Source: Trichlorobacter lovleyi SZ (GTDB lineage: Bacteria; Desulfobacterota; Desulfuromonadia; Geobacterales; Pseudopelobacteraceae). From it: 32,000 bases of DNA. Shown here one piece after another: positions 14,845 to 22,835 of the stretch. Position 1 is the first letter of the stretch, and every line of letters starts with the position of its first letter. The notes under the pieces were generated by a model that did no database searches, had not been told where the DNA came from, and worked only from the letters and a program-made list of their open reading frames with translations. The stretch spans positions 1,800,001-1,832,000 of the forward strand of contig NC_010814.1 of the NCBI RefSeq assembly GCF_000020385.1, in the 5' to 3' direction. The position numbers and the translations under genes are program-made.

Positions 14845-16317
14845 TTACTGCCGGACAGCAACGACCTTTTTCAGGGAAATCATATCCACTACCGGCAAGA
14901 CCGGTATCTGTGTGACACCATAATCACGGGACAGGTTAATATCATCAGGTACTGCCTTAAGCAGCTTCTCAGCTACCTGTTGGTCTGCCTGACGATAGCG
15001 CAGCTTGACCTCAATTGTTACCTGCTTGGTTCCACCGGGTACCTGTACGCCAAACCAGGCATCTTTAAATCCTTTGGGCGGAATGGTCTCGTGACTTGAA
15101 AAGGCTGTGACCACCCAAGGATCTATAGCGAAGTGCGTGTCGCTACCCATGCCGTCAGAATTGAATTTACGTACATTTGACGGCAGCGATCCGTCTTTGT
15201 TCAGACTGCCGCTTGCTATGACTACCTTGCCTTTTTCATCGGTTGCACGGACTTCAAGCCACATCTGGCGGACATTGGTCAGTGATGTCGGTAGATTGTG
15301 TCCGGCACGGATATTCTTGACTCGTACCTTTACCTCTGCCAATCGCCCGTTACGATAATCTGGAGTTATTTCAAGTTCTGCTGCCTTCTGAAGGCGCTTG
15401 ACCGCCATTTCGTACTGTTTCATCAAACGCACAGACTGCTGCTTGTCACCAGACTTTTTAGCCGCCTCGGCAGACAGGAAATAAAGCAGATAGTTAGCCC
15501 CGTTAAAGTAGTGACGATACTCCTTGCGCTGGGGCTTGGTCATACTGTCGGCTGTTTTAACAAACGTGTCGTGGTCGACCATGTGACAGTCTTGGCAATG
15601 GATGTCTTTCTGGGCGTAAGGGCTGTGTTTCCACTCAAGGTAGGTTGCCTCCAGAGGATAGTGCTTGTCATAGTGGTACACCTGATGACAGGAGGCGCAC
15701 AGATCTGCTTTGACATGGAAGTCAGTCTGTTTGCATTCATGGAAGCCGCCCCCACATTCTTCAGCTGGCTTATGGGGGCCACGCTTGACCAGAACCGGGC
15801 TGTCCTTGCCATCCTCGCCAGGGCGCAGAACCAGTGAGCCGTTTTCAGGCTCTTTACTGGGGGTCCTGCAGTGATTCAGAGAGCTGACTGAGTGGCAGAC
15901 ATCGCAGGAAACTCCAGCCTTGGCAACAGGAGACAGTCCCTTGAGACCTGGGCCGCTTACCTCGCCGGTAACGGTCGCTGCCGGTGTATGGCAGCTGGAA
16001 CAGTGGCGTCCGATCTCTTTGCCCACTGCCTTGACCGCCTTGTTCATTTCCCCCTGATAGACCGGATCAACAAAGGCCAGGCTATGCAGTGAGCCATGCC
16101 ATTCTTCATACTGCTGCTGGTGACAGCCTGCGCAGGTTTCTGGCTCAGTGAAGTTGGCTTTTGTTTTCTCATACACCATAAGAGAAGGGTAAAATTTGAA
16201 CAGATCCCGATCAACCGGAAAGACGCTTGAAGAAGACGGGGAGGCGGCAAGTGCCACTGCACAGGCGATGATGAGCATTATGGCAGCTACGCAGATGAGC
16301 AGCAGGTGACGTTGCAT
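14845..16317 (-). CDS. Secreted pentaheme c-type cytochrome (cytochrome c554/NrfA-fold-like N-domain plus large C-terminal beta-type domain)
   Basis: 490 aa with a signal peptide. It has 5 CxxCH motifs: CAGCHQQQYEEWHGSLHS, CSSCH, CDVCH, CASCH and CQDCH. Confidence 0.85.
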   Translation of the reverse strand: MQRHLLLICVAAIMLIIACAVALAASPSSSSVFPVDRDLFKFYPSLMVYEKTKANFTEPETCAGCHQQQYEEWHGSLHSLAFVDPVYQGEMNKAVKAVGKEIGRHCSSCHTPAATVTGEVSGPGLKGLSPVAKAGVSCDVCHSVSSLNHCRTPSKEPENGSLVLRPGEDGKDSPVLVKRGPHKPAEECGGGFHECKQTDFHVKADLCASCHQVYHYDKHYPLEATYLEWKHSPYAQKDIHCQDCHMVDHDTFVKTADSMTKPQRKEYRHYFNGANYLLYFLSAEAAKKSGDKQQSVRLMKQYEMAVKRLQKAAELEITPDYRNGRLAEVKVRVKNIRAGHNLPTSLTNVRQMWLEVRATDEKGKVVIASGSLNKDGSLPSNVRKFNSDGMGSDTHFAIDPWVVTAFSSHETIPPKGFKDAWFGVQVPGGTKQVTIEVKLRYRQADQQVAEKLLKAVPDDINLSRDYGVTQIPVLPVVDMISLKKVVAVRQ

Positions 16318-16341
16318 GAATATTCCTCCTTTGGCAGCTAT

Positions 16342-16809
16342 TTATGAGCGTAATGTTGCAACAATACGCTGGGGCACCATCAGCAGCCCCAGGGCATCGT
16401 ACATGCTTCTGACAACAAGGTCCGCATGCAGGATGGCGCTTGCTGCAGTCCCTTCTCCTTCAAGCACGGCAATACCAAGGCGGGCTGCCTTCAGCATCAG
16501 CCGGTCATTGGCTCCATTGCCCATGGCAACCACCGTGTCAGCTCCCAACGCCTGTATGTATGCCTCTTTCTGTTCTGCCTCGTTGCCGCTTGTGATGATA
16601 TGCAGTCTGCAGGGCAGCCCTTCAAGCTCCTGCCTGACCGTGCCGCCGGTATCAGCGGTAAGCACATGGACGGTAATTTTTTCAGCCAGTTCGGTAAGTG
16701 TCTTATCAAGATTGGACAGTAACTGCCCGTCACGGGCAATGGTGCCGTTGTAGTCCAAGACCAGATGTTGCAGCTCTAAGGTCCCTGTTCCGGGAATAGT
16801 TAGTAACAT
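16342..16809 (-). CDS. HAD-superfamily protein resembling the soluble P-type-ATPase-like (COG4087-type) group
   Basis: 155 aa with LVLDYNGTIA (DxxGT-type motif I) and AMGNGANDRLMLKAARLGIAV (GDGxND-type motif). Its start overlaps the upstream stop. Confidence 0.65.
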   Translation of the reverse strand: MLLTIPGTGTLELQHLVLDYNGTIARDGQLLSNLDKTLTELAEKITVHVLTADTGGTVRQELEGLPCRLHIITSGNEAEQKEAYIQALGADTVVAMGNGANDRLMLKAARLGIAVLEGEGTAASAILHADLVVRSMYDALGLLMVPQRIVATLRS

Positions 16810-17069
16810 GGCGCAGGTTCCCCTTGGGTGCGAATCTGTTGTACCGTTTCAGTAATTTCCCTGATACCACAGGATTCACTGAAGCAACCGGCTCCGGCAT
16901 ACAGATCAAAGTTGCTCAGCTGCCCGATCAGCTTTCTGAGATCAGCTTCATGCTCAAGCACGCCGGGGTATTCTGTAAGGGTGAGGATTTCTGAAAGCAG
17001 GCTGTCAGGCAGCTCGGCATCCTGATTCTGCTCAACAGCAACCTGACGCAACTCTTCAAGTAATGTCAT
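16800..17069 (-). CDS. Hypothetical acidic 89-aa protein
   Basis: The ORF is translationally coupled to the HAD gene by a 10-nt overlap. It has a C-terminal CFSESC motif. No family was recognised. Confidence 0.45.
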   Translation of the reverse strand: MTLLEELRQVAVEQNQDAELPDSLLSEILTLTEYPGVLEHEADLRKLIGQLSNFDLYAGAGCFSESCGIREITETVQQIRTQGEPAPCY

Positions 17070-17247
17070 GGACTGCCCCTCCGTTAAATGATTTGTGAAT
17101 ATATTTTAATGCTGTGCAGTATGCCAAAGTACCTTGCTGCAGTAAAGTAGGAACAGCACGAGGAGACTGGTATCTGCCAAGCCTCCTCGTGTTTTGACTG
17201 CAACGTCTGTGTGGGGGGCTGGCAGTGTTGTCTTTGCCGCTGCAGCA

Positions 17248-17562
17248 TCAGATCAGGCAGAGTGTTGAGAGGATGTGATTTGCGGATTCGTCTGCTGCAC
17301 TGACCACACAGATCCCTGATCGTAACATTGATTCCTTAATTTCCTGCTCAGGCATATGTGTGCAGACAAGCTGCTTAACATTCAAAGAAATCAGCCATGC
17401 TGCCAAAAGAGGCTGTTCGCTGGCATCCCAGACACCCATGTTGACATTACTGGTATTTCCGTTTCTGTCGTCATATTCCAGCAAGAAAAAAATCCGCTCA
17501 AATCCTTTGCCTTCATAGGTAAGTGAGCCATAGTAGGGTATAGCGGTTTTAATTATGGTCAT
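17248..17562 (-). CDS. Hypothetical protein, possibly NifX/NifB-type domain
   Basis: 104 aa. It has a weak layout similarity to PF02579-type proteins (IIKTAIPYYG...ERIFFLLEYD...NVKQLVCTHMPEQEIKESMLRSGICVV). Confidence 0.4.
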   Translation of the reverse strand: MTIIKTAIPYYGSLTYEGKGFERIFFLLEYDDRNGNTSNVNMGVWDASEQPLLAAWLISLNVKQLVCTHMPEQEIKESMLRSGICVVSAADESANHILSTLCLI

Positions 17563-17610
17563 GGATTGGTTTCTTTTGATCTGTCCTGCGAGGTAGACTG
17601 CTGGGAAAAT

Positions 17611-17649
17611 GTTGCACAGGGGGCCTTCTGAGTCAGCCCCCTGTGCAAC
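17611..17649 (-). terminator. Strong stem-loop after the 58-aa gene (attenuator or partial terminator)
   Basis: The 14-bp inverted repeat GTTGCACAGGGGGC ... GCCCCCTGTGCAAC has an 11-nt loop. On the minus strand it is followed by ATTTTCCC, a weak U-tract. Confidence 0.5.
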
Positions 17650-17669
17650 AAAGCGTTATCAGTTTTGCC

Positions 17670-17846
17670 TTAATGTGCCGTTTCCTGTGTGCTGCTCTTG
17701 CCGCTCATCATATACTTGTAGAACATCGGAAAACCGACAAAGAAGGCAACGCAGATCAGGTATTCAACGGTCTTGATGTACTGGTAAAAATCAACCAGCG
17801 TGTAGACAGATTTAACATGGCCTATGGTATCGAAAAGTGCTGACAT
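17670..17846 (-). CDS. 58-aa single-TM protein (family T, copy B), not in the ORF track
   Basis: Hand translation gives MSALFDTIGHVKSVYTLVDFYQYIKTVEYLICVAFFVGFPMFYKYMMSGKSSTQETAH. RBS GGGAGGATACC lies upstream. Confidence 0.8.
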   Translation of the reverse strand: MSALFDTIGHVKSVYTLVDFYQYIKTVEYLICVAFFVGFPMFYKYMMSGKSSTQETAH

Positions 17847-17869
17847 GGTGGTATCCTCCCTATGGTTAA

Positions 17870-18136
17870 CTACCTGTTGGATGAAGTTGAACTGGCTTCC
17901 TTGTTTTTAACTGCTTCAGCCGCCCCCTTGATCATGCCGTACAGGCTGATCAGGGCCGGGATGGTCTGGACAACCACTACCAGCGCCAGGAATCCGGCAA
18001 AGGCCAGGACCAGGATGCCGCTGTTATAGGTCAGGCTGGTATCGACGGCATCTCCATGACCGGCAGAGGCCAGGGCGGTTGTCAGGCTTGCAAACAGCAG
18101 GCTTACGGTGTTGATGATGGTTGCGGTTGTTTTCAT
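17870..18136 (-). CDS. Small signal-peptide + single-TM protein, family S2 (copy B)
   Basis: 88 aa with RBS AAGGAGAA. The core is VDTSLTYNSGILVLAFAGFLALVVVVQTIPALISLYGMIK. Confidence 0.85.
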   Translation of the reverse strand: MKTTATIINTVSLLFASLTTALASAGHGDAVDTSLTYNSGILVLAFAGFLALVVVVQTIPALISLYGMIKGAAEAVKNKEASSTSSNR

Positions 18137-18154
18137 GGCAGTTCTCCTTGTTCG

Positions 18155-18541
18155 TTAGCAGTAACAACGCTTTGGTTGGTGTAAGGCACAGTTGATAACC
18201 TGCTTCAACTCTTCTCTGTCTTCCGGCAGTACCGGTCGCAGCAGGTGATAAAAAATTCCTTCATTGCGCATCTTGCGTATCACCGGCAGCGATACCTCAT
18301 TTGAAACCAGGATGATGGTCAGATTTCTGCAACATTTTTTAAAGAGCGGGATCAGGTCTGTTGCGGCAAGTTCATCAAAGCTGCTGCCCAACAGAATCAC
18401 CTGTGCTGTTTTCTTCAGGATTCCCTGTAGCACGCCGGCTGCGGTGGTGGTGACGGTCACACTGTAGCCTGCCTCCATGCAGAGATCTGCCATCACCTTG
18501 CGGGATTCAGGGTGCTCCTCAGCAATCAAGATACGGCTCAT
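18155..18541 (-). CDS. Stand-alone receiver-like (pseudo-receiver) protein lacking the phospho-acceptor Asp (copy B)
   Basis: 128 aa. The acceptor position reads VILLGSSF (G instead of D), and the conserved Lys position reads LLRP. Confidence 0.75.
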   Translation of the reverse strand: MSRILIAEEHPESRKVMADLCMEAGYSVTVTTTAAGVLQGILKKTAQVILLGSSFDELAATDLIPLFKKCCRNLTIILVSNEVSLPVIRKMRNEGIFYHLLRPVLPEDREELKQVINCALHQPKRCYC

Positions 18542-18552
18542 GGCTGGCTCCT

Positions 18553-18789
18553 TCAGTGTTTGCTGGCGGTTACTTCTTTGTCTGAATGGGCAAACAGCCC
18601 TTTCAGCATGGAGGCAAATAGAATCATGGCCGGTACTGCCTGCAGCATGATTACCATGATGCCAAATCCTATGAATCCCCAGATCAGCAAGCCGTTATCT
18701 TCAGCTCCTGCCCCTGTAGTGGCAGCAAAGGCAGCTGCTGCACCTGCTCCACTTAATGCTATGACCATTTTGATGATGGTTGCTTTCAT
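18553..18789 (-). CDS. Small signal-peptide + single-TM protein, family S1 (copy B)
   Basis: The start is taken at ATG 18789 (RBS AAGGAGGA), giving 78 aa: MKATIIKMVIALSGAGAAAAFAATTG...LIWGFIGFGIMVIMLQAVPAMILFASMLKGLF. Confidence 0.75.
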   Translation of the reverse strand: MKATIIKMVIALSGAGAAAAFAATTGAGAEDNGLLIWGFIGFGIMVIMLQAVPAMILFASMLKGLFAHSDKEVTASKH

Positions 18790-18834
18790 GACATCCTCCT
18801 TGTGCTGCATCAGTTCCTGCTTGTCTTCATACTA

Positions 18835-18850
18835 AGCATAGACAGTGCCA
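18835..18850 (-). promoter_or_regulatory. Sigma54 (-24/-12) promoter
   Basis: The minus strand reads TGGCAC-TGTCT-ATGCT with exact GG-N10-GC spacing, about 45 nt upstream of ATG 18789. An AT-rich tract lies upstream. Confidence 0.75.
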
Positions 18851-19085
18851 ATAACTGAAAATGTACTGAATATCTGTGTAATATGCTGATATTATTTGAT
18901 TCAATCTGTGCTAAAGCATGGGTGGAGCGGGATGGGGAATCTGTTGGAGAGTATTGCTTTGCTATGCACCAACCTGGCAAAGTTACGTGCGTAAACATAT
19001 AACACGCTGAAAATACACTAATATAATGTGCTGAGGGAAAGCTGGCTGCTGTATGAGGGAATCATGCAGGGGGGATTGGCTGGCG

Positions 19086-20498
19086 TCAGACTCCTGGTTC
19101 CTGAATCGGCAGGCAAACCGCAATGGTCGTGCCTTCGTCTGAGGATGAGGCTATGGAGACAAAACCACCATGCTGCTGCAGGGTGCCAAAGGCCATGGAA
19201 AGCCCCAGTCCGGTGCCTTGCCCCACCTCTTTGGTGGTAAAGAACGGATCAAAGATCTTCTGCCTGATTTCTTCAGGAATACCAGAGCCCTGATCAGTCA
19301 CCATCATGCGGGCAAATGGTCCACGGTGGGATGAGTTGTGGAGCCGTAACAACTCTGGATCTGGAATCAGTACCAGCCTGGTTTCAATCGTAATCGTGCC
19401 GCCGTTGGGCATGGCATCACGGGCATTGGTCAGCAGATTAAACAGCACCTGCTGCAGCAGGGTGCTGTCAGCCGTAATATGCAGCGGTTCCTGACAAGGG
19501 ATGAACTCAAGCTGTACCGTCTTGGGCAACAGTTTCCGGCCTAATATGAGCGCGTCAGCCAGCATTCGGTTCAGTTCCAGTGGTTTCATCCGCATAAACT
19601 GCTTGCGGCTGAACGCCAGCATACTGCGGGTCAGGTTTGATCCTCGCTCCACCGCCGTGATCATCTCCTGCAGGCTGGTATACACCGGATCATCGGCGTT
19701 AAATCGCTCCATGGCCAGGCGGGTGTTGTTTGAGACAATCTGTAGAATGTTGTTGAAGTCATGGGCGATACCACCGGAAAGCTGGCCCACCGCCTCCATC
19801 TTCTGGGCCTGCCGTAGCTGTTCCTCAATCTGCAGTTTTTCCGTAATGTCCATAAAACTGCAGACCATCCCCACCGCCTGCTGACCATCCCGCATCGGCA
19901 AAACACTATAGGAGACCGGGAACGAGCTGCCATCCCTGCGCCAGAACAGTTCATTCTCAATCACATTGACCACGCCGGTTTCGCTCATCCGGTGGGCCGT
20001 ACACTCCTCAGCCGGATAGTGGCTGCCATCCGGTCTGGTGTGGTGCATCAGGTTGTGCATCTGCTGTCCCAGCAACTGTTCCGGGGTGTCAAACCCCAGC
20101 ATCCGGGCACAGGCCTTGTTGGCCATGGTGCAGCAACCATGATGATCAGTACCGTAGATCCCCTCCTGGGTTGAGTCCAGTAATAACTGGATTTTGTAAA
20201 GATGCTCCTGCTGTCTGGCATCACTGGCAAGCTGCTGTTTGCGCTTGATGGCAAAAAGCAGGCAGACAGCGCTCATCGCCACAAAGAGCAGTAATCCGAC
20301 CGGTACCAGCGAACTCAGCAGATGCGCATGCAATTGACCTAAAAACTGATCATCAGACCGAACTCCGATCTGTGTCAGGAAGGTCTTGTGGGCATGCTCA
20401 TCCACTTCAAAGAGAAACAACATGCTGCTGATATAGACCAAAGAGGCCGGAATAAAGCGGTTTAGAAACAATTTGCTCAATGACGGAAGCGCTTTCAT
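19086..20498 (-). CDS. Membrane histidine kinase (2 TM, PAS, HisKA, HATPase)
   Basis: 470 aa. The PAS region is [21 protein letters not shown]. The H-box is GGIAHDFNN, with N/G boxes NARDAM, DQGSGI and GTGLGLSMA. Confidence 0.88.
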   Translation of the reverse strand: MKALPSLSKLFLNRFIPASLVYISSMLFLFEVDEHAHKTFLTQIGVRSDDQFLGQLHAHLLSSLVPVGLLLFVAMSAVCLLFAIKRKQQLASDARQQEHLYKIQLLLDSTQEGIYGTDHHGCCTMANKACARMLGFDTPEQLLGQQMHNLMHHTRPDGSHYPAEECTAHRMSETGVVNVIENELFWRRDGSSFPVSYSVLPMRDGQQAVGMVCSFMDITEKLQIEEQLRQAQKMEAVGQLSGGIAHDFNNILQIVSNNTRLAMERFNADDPVYTSLQEMITAVERGSNLTRSMLAFSRKQFMRMKPLELNRMLADALILGRKLLPKTVQLEFIPCQEPLHITADSTLLQQVLFNLLTNARDAMPNGGTITIETRLVLIPDPELLRLHNSSHRGPFARMMVTDQGSGIPEEIRQKIFDPFFTTKEVGQGTGLGLSMAFGTLQQHGGFVSIASSSDEGTTIAVCLPIQEPGV

Positions 20499-20660
20499 TA
20501 TGGCTTTAACCTTAATGTATATTAATTTTATATCTTGACTTATACCCCGAATACCCTATAAGGGCCATTATTAAATACATCTAATTATATCAAATATTTA
20601 TATGTATATTCATATATTATGCAACCTCGTTGTGAGGTTATTCCACGAAGGAGGACGTGT

Positions 20661-22055
20661 ATGAAATTACGGAAGTTAATGGCACGGATGGCGCTGTTGT
20701 TGGGGCTTTCCCTGGCGACAAGCGCAATCGCTGGTAATCATGCCGATTATGTCGGTGCTGGCCCTTTCAAGACAGGCCCTGAAGTGACCAAGAAGTGTAT
20801 GGAGTGTCATGAGGCTGAGACCAAGTCGTTTATGAAATCAGTCCACTGGACCTGGGCTAAAAAGCAGAAAATCAACGGTAAGGAAATGGAGTATGGCAAG
20901 AAGAACGCTCTTAATAACTTCTGCGTTGCCATTGACTCCAACTGGCCGCGCTGCACCAGTTGTCATGCCGGCTATGGCTGGAAGGACAAGAGTTTTGATT
21001 TTAACAAGGCAGAAAACGTTGATTGTCTGGTCTGCCATGAAACCACCGGTACCTACAAAAAGACACCGGCTGGTGCAGGCAATCCTGACGCCAAGGTGGA
21101 TCTGGCTAAGGTGGCCCAGTCAGTTGGTAAGCCGACCCGTGCAGCCTGTGGCTCCTGTCACTTTTATGGTGGCGGTGGTGACCGGGTAAAACACGGCGAC
21201 CTTGACTCAAGCCTGGCCAAGCCGACAGCCGACATCGATGTTCATATGGGTGGTAAGGCCCAAATGACCTGTCAGTCCTGTCATAAGGGGGGTAAGGATC
21301 ATGCCATCAAAGGTGAGGCAATTGCAGTATCCGTTGGTGCAGGCCCCCGTATCATGGGCTGTACTGACTGTCACAAAAAAAACGTGCATAAAAATGCTTT
21401 CCTGAACAAACATGCCAAAAAGGTTGCTTGTCAGACCTGTCATATTCCTACCTTTGCCAAGGCCAAGCCAACCAAGACCTGGTGGGATTGGTCCACTGCC
21501 GGGAAAAATATACCGGAAAAAGATATCCCTAAAGACGCATATGGAGAGAAGACCTATGCCAAGATGAAAGGTGACTTCAAGTGGGAGAAGGACGTTGTTC
21601 CCACCTATGCATGGTATAATGGAACCGTTGAGCGGGTTCTACTTGGCGACAAGATTGATCCTTCCAAAGTAGTCAAGCTGTCTGCTGCCAAGGGAGATCG
21701 TAATGACCCAAATGCCAAGATTATGCCGTTTAAGATCATGCGTGGCAAACAACCTTATGACAGCGTTAACAACACTGTTGCAGTGGTCAACACCTTTGGA
21801 CCGCCAACCAGTGAAACGGCCTACTGGGTCAAGTACGACTGGAACAAAGCGATTGAGGCTGGTATGAAGGCTGCCGGTCAACCTTATAGCGGCAAATACG
21901 GTTTTATTGAGACCTCAATGGTCTGGGCTGTCAACCATATGGTTGCTCCCAAGGACAAAGCACTTAAATGCAATGACTGTCACGGAGATAAAGGTCGTCT
22001 GGACTGGAAAGCGCTTGGCTACAAAGGTGATCCCAAGAATCCGGCGAATCGTTAA
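20661..22055 (+). CDS. Secreted octaheme c-type cytochrome, resembling the tetrathionate-reductase (OTR) octaheme family
   Basis: The start is taken at ATG 20661 (RBS GAAGGAGGA), giving the signal peptide MKLRKLMARMALLLGLSLATSAIA. It has 8 CxxCH motifs. SVHWTW, CTSCHAGYGW, VDCLVCHETTGTY and CGSCHFYGGGGDRVKHGD recall the OTR-type family. That assignment is from memory and unverified. Confidence 0.85.
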   Translation: MKLRKLMARMALLLGLSLATSAIAGNHADYVGAGPFKTGPEVTKKCMECHEAETKSFMKSVHWTWAKKQKINGKEMEYGKKNALNNFCVAIDSNWPRCTSCHAGYGWKDKSFDFNKAENVDCLVCHETTGTYKKTPAGAGNPDAKVDLAKVAQSVGKPTRAACGSCHFYGGGGDRVKHGDLDSSLAKPTADIDVHMGGKAQMTCQSCHKGGKDHAIKGEAIAVSVGAGPRIMGCTDCHKKNVHKNAFLNKHAKKVACQTCHIPTFAKAKPTKTWWDWSTAGKNIPEKDIPKDAYGEKTYAKMKGDFKWEKDVVPTYAWYNGTVERVLLGDKIDPSKVVKLSAAKGDRNDPNAKIMPFKIMRGKQPYDSVNNTVAVVNTFGPPTSETAYWVKYDWNKAIEAGMKAAGQPYSGKYGFIETSMVWAVNHMVAPKDKALKCNDCHGDKGRLDWKALGYKGDPKNPANR

Positions 22056-22080
22056 GCGTATATAGATAATATTGACAAAC

Positions 22081-22106
22081 AGGCCCGCAGAGTTATCTGC
22101 GGGCCT
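22081..22106 (+). terminator. Stem-loop after the octaheme cytochrome gene
   Basis: The 10-bp inverted repeat AGGCCCGCAG ... CTGCGGGCCT has a 6-nt loop. There is no strong T-run on the plus strand. Confidence 0.5.
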
Positions 22107-22309
22107 GCTGAATACTGCTATAGCGGTTGACGTTATAGGCGCGAATATACCAATCTATGTACCGAAACTGTTTTATTGAAAAGTTCGAAGTGCGTCCGCT
22201 AGGGGACGCCAAATATCAATGGCTTACGAAAGTAAGCCATTTCTTTATGTGGTGCATTTTTACACGACCCTTGCCTCTTCAGCAGAAAAACCGGCTGCTA
22301 TCCCAAGTT

Positions 22310-22533
22310 TTAACGCAATATCCCAGCCCGACGCCCACACGCAGGTCGAGCGCGTGGGACAGATCGCAGCGTGGTGTGGTGTCAAGACTCTGGTTCTGAA
22401 CCGTATCGTGCCTGGCATGGCCCCGCTACGGAACCTGCTGCAGGCAAAACAGAACTTCCCGGGAAACCTGTTCATCAGCGATGGCCTCATGCAGATAGGG
22501 GAGAGGTCCCTTGGCGGCGTGGTGCTGAATTAG
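22310..22533 (+). pseudogene. Probable remnant of the C-terminus of an MBL-fold hydrolase gene
   Basis: The translation ...AHTQVERVGQIAAWCGVKTLVLNRIVPGM...LLQAKQNFPGNLFISDGLMQIG resembles the last ~70 aa of metallo-beta-lactamase-fold proteins (H.....a...a...gvk.LvLtHi ... f.g.v..a.Dgm.i). The metal-ligand motifs and the N-terminus are absent, and the usual TH is NR here. Confidence 0.35.
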
Positions 22534-22686
22534 TTGAATACCTCGGCTGTTTTAGTAAGGTGAGTCTGGAGTGGGAGACCTGCCCGCACTTCATCTGGGA
22601 AGAAATACCCGCCCGAAAGCCTGCTCGGCGTACTTACCGCGTTACGCGCAGACAGTTCGGGGGGGGGCTGCTACAGGGCGCTAATC

Positions 22687-22723
22687 AAAAAGGTCTACCA
22701 GTTTTTATCTGGTAGACCTTTTT
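22687..22723. terminator. Bidirectional rho-independent terminator
   Basis: AAAAAGGTCTACCA-GTTTTTATC-TGGTAGACCTTTTT has a U-tract on both strands. It lies about 110 nt downstream of the protease stop. Confidence 0.75.
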
Positions 22724-22835
22724 GATTCAGAGGTGGGTTAGGACCTGTGTCAGAAACAAAATTCAACTGACCGGAACAGCCCCGTAATCAAGAGCGTCAC
22801 TTCATGATCACCTCTGTAGGAACGCGTGATTATCT

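Noticed and set aside
17111-17127. Sigma54-like site TTGGCATACTGCACAGC on the minus strand, upstream of the 89-aa gene
   Set aside because: The GG to GC spacing is 11 nt rather than the required 10. It is probably fortuitous.
22192-22239. Paired hairpins, including an 8-bp stem with a GAAA tetraloop, considered as group II intron domain V or a riboswitch element
   Set aside because: There is no AGC triad or bulge as in domain V. There is no flanking intron-like or reverse-transcriptase ORF, and no match to any riboswitch consensus I can recall. They are kept only as a note within the spacer finding.
22219-22715. Overlapping track ORFs 22157-22399, 22219-22533 and 22371-22715 (+) and 22260-22490 (-), considered as intact genes
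   Set aside because: They overlap each other in different frames and have no RBS. Only the 22310-22533 stretch shows protein-like similarity (MBL C-terminus), and it lacks the catalytic part. It is called a remnant, not a gene.
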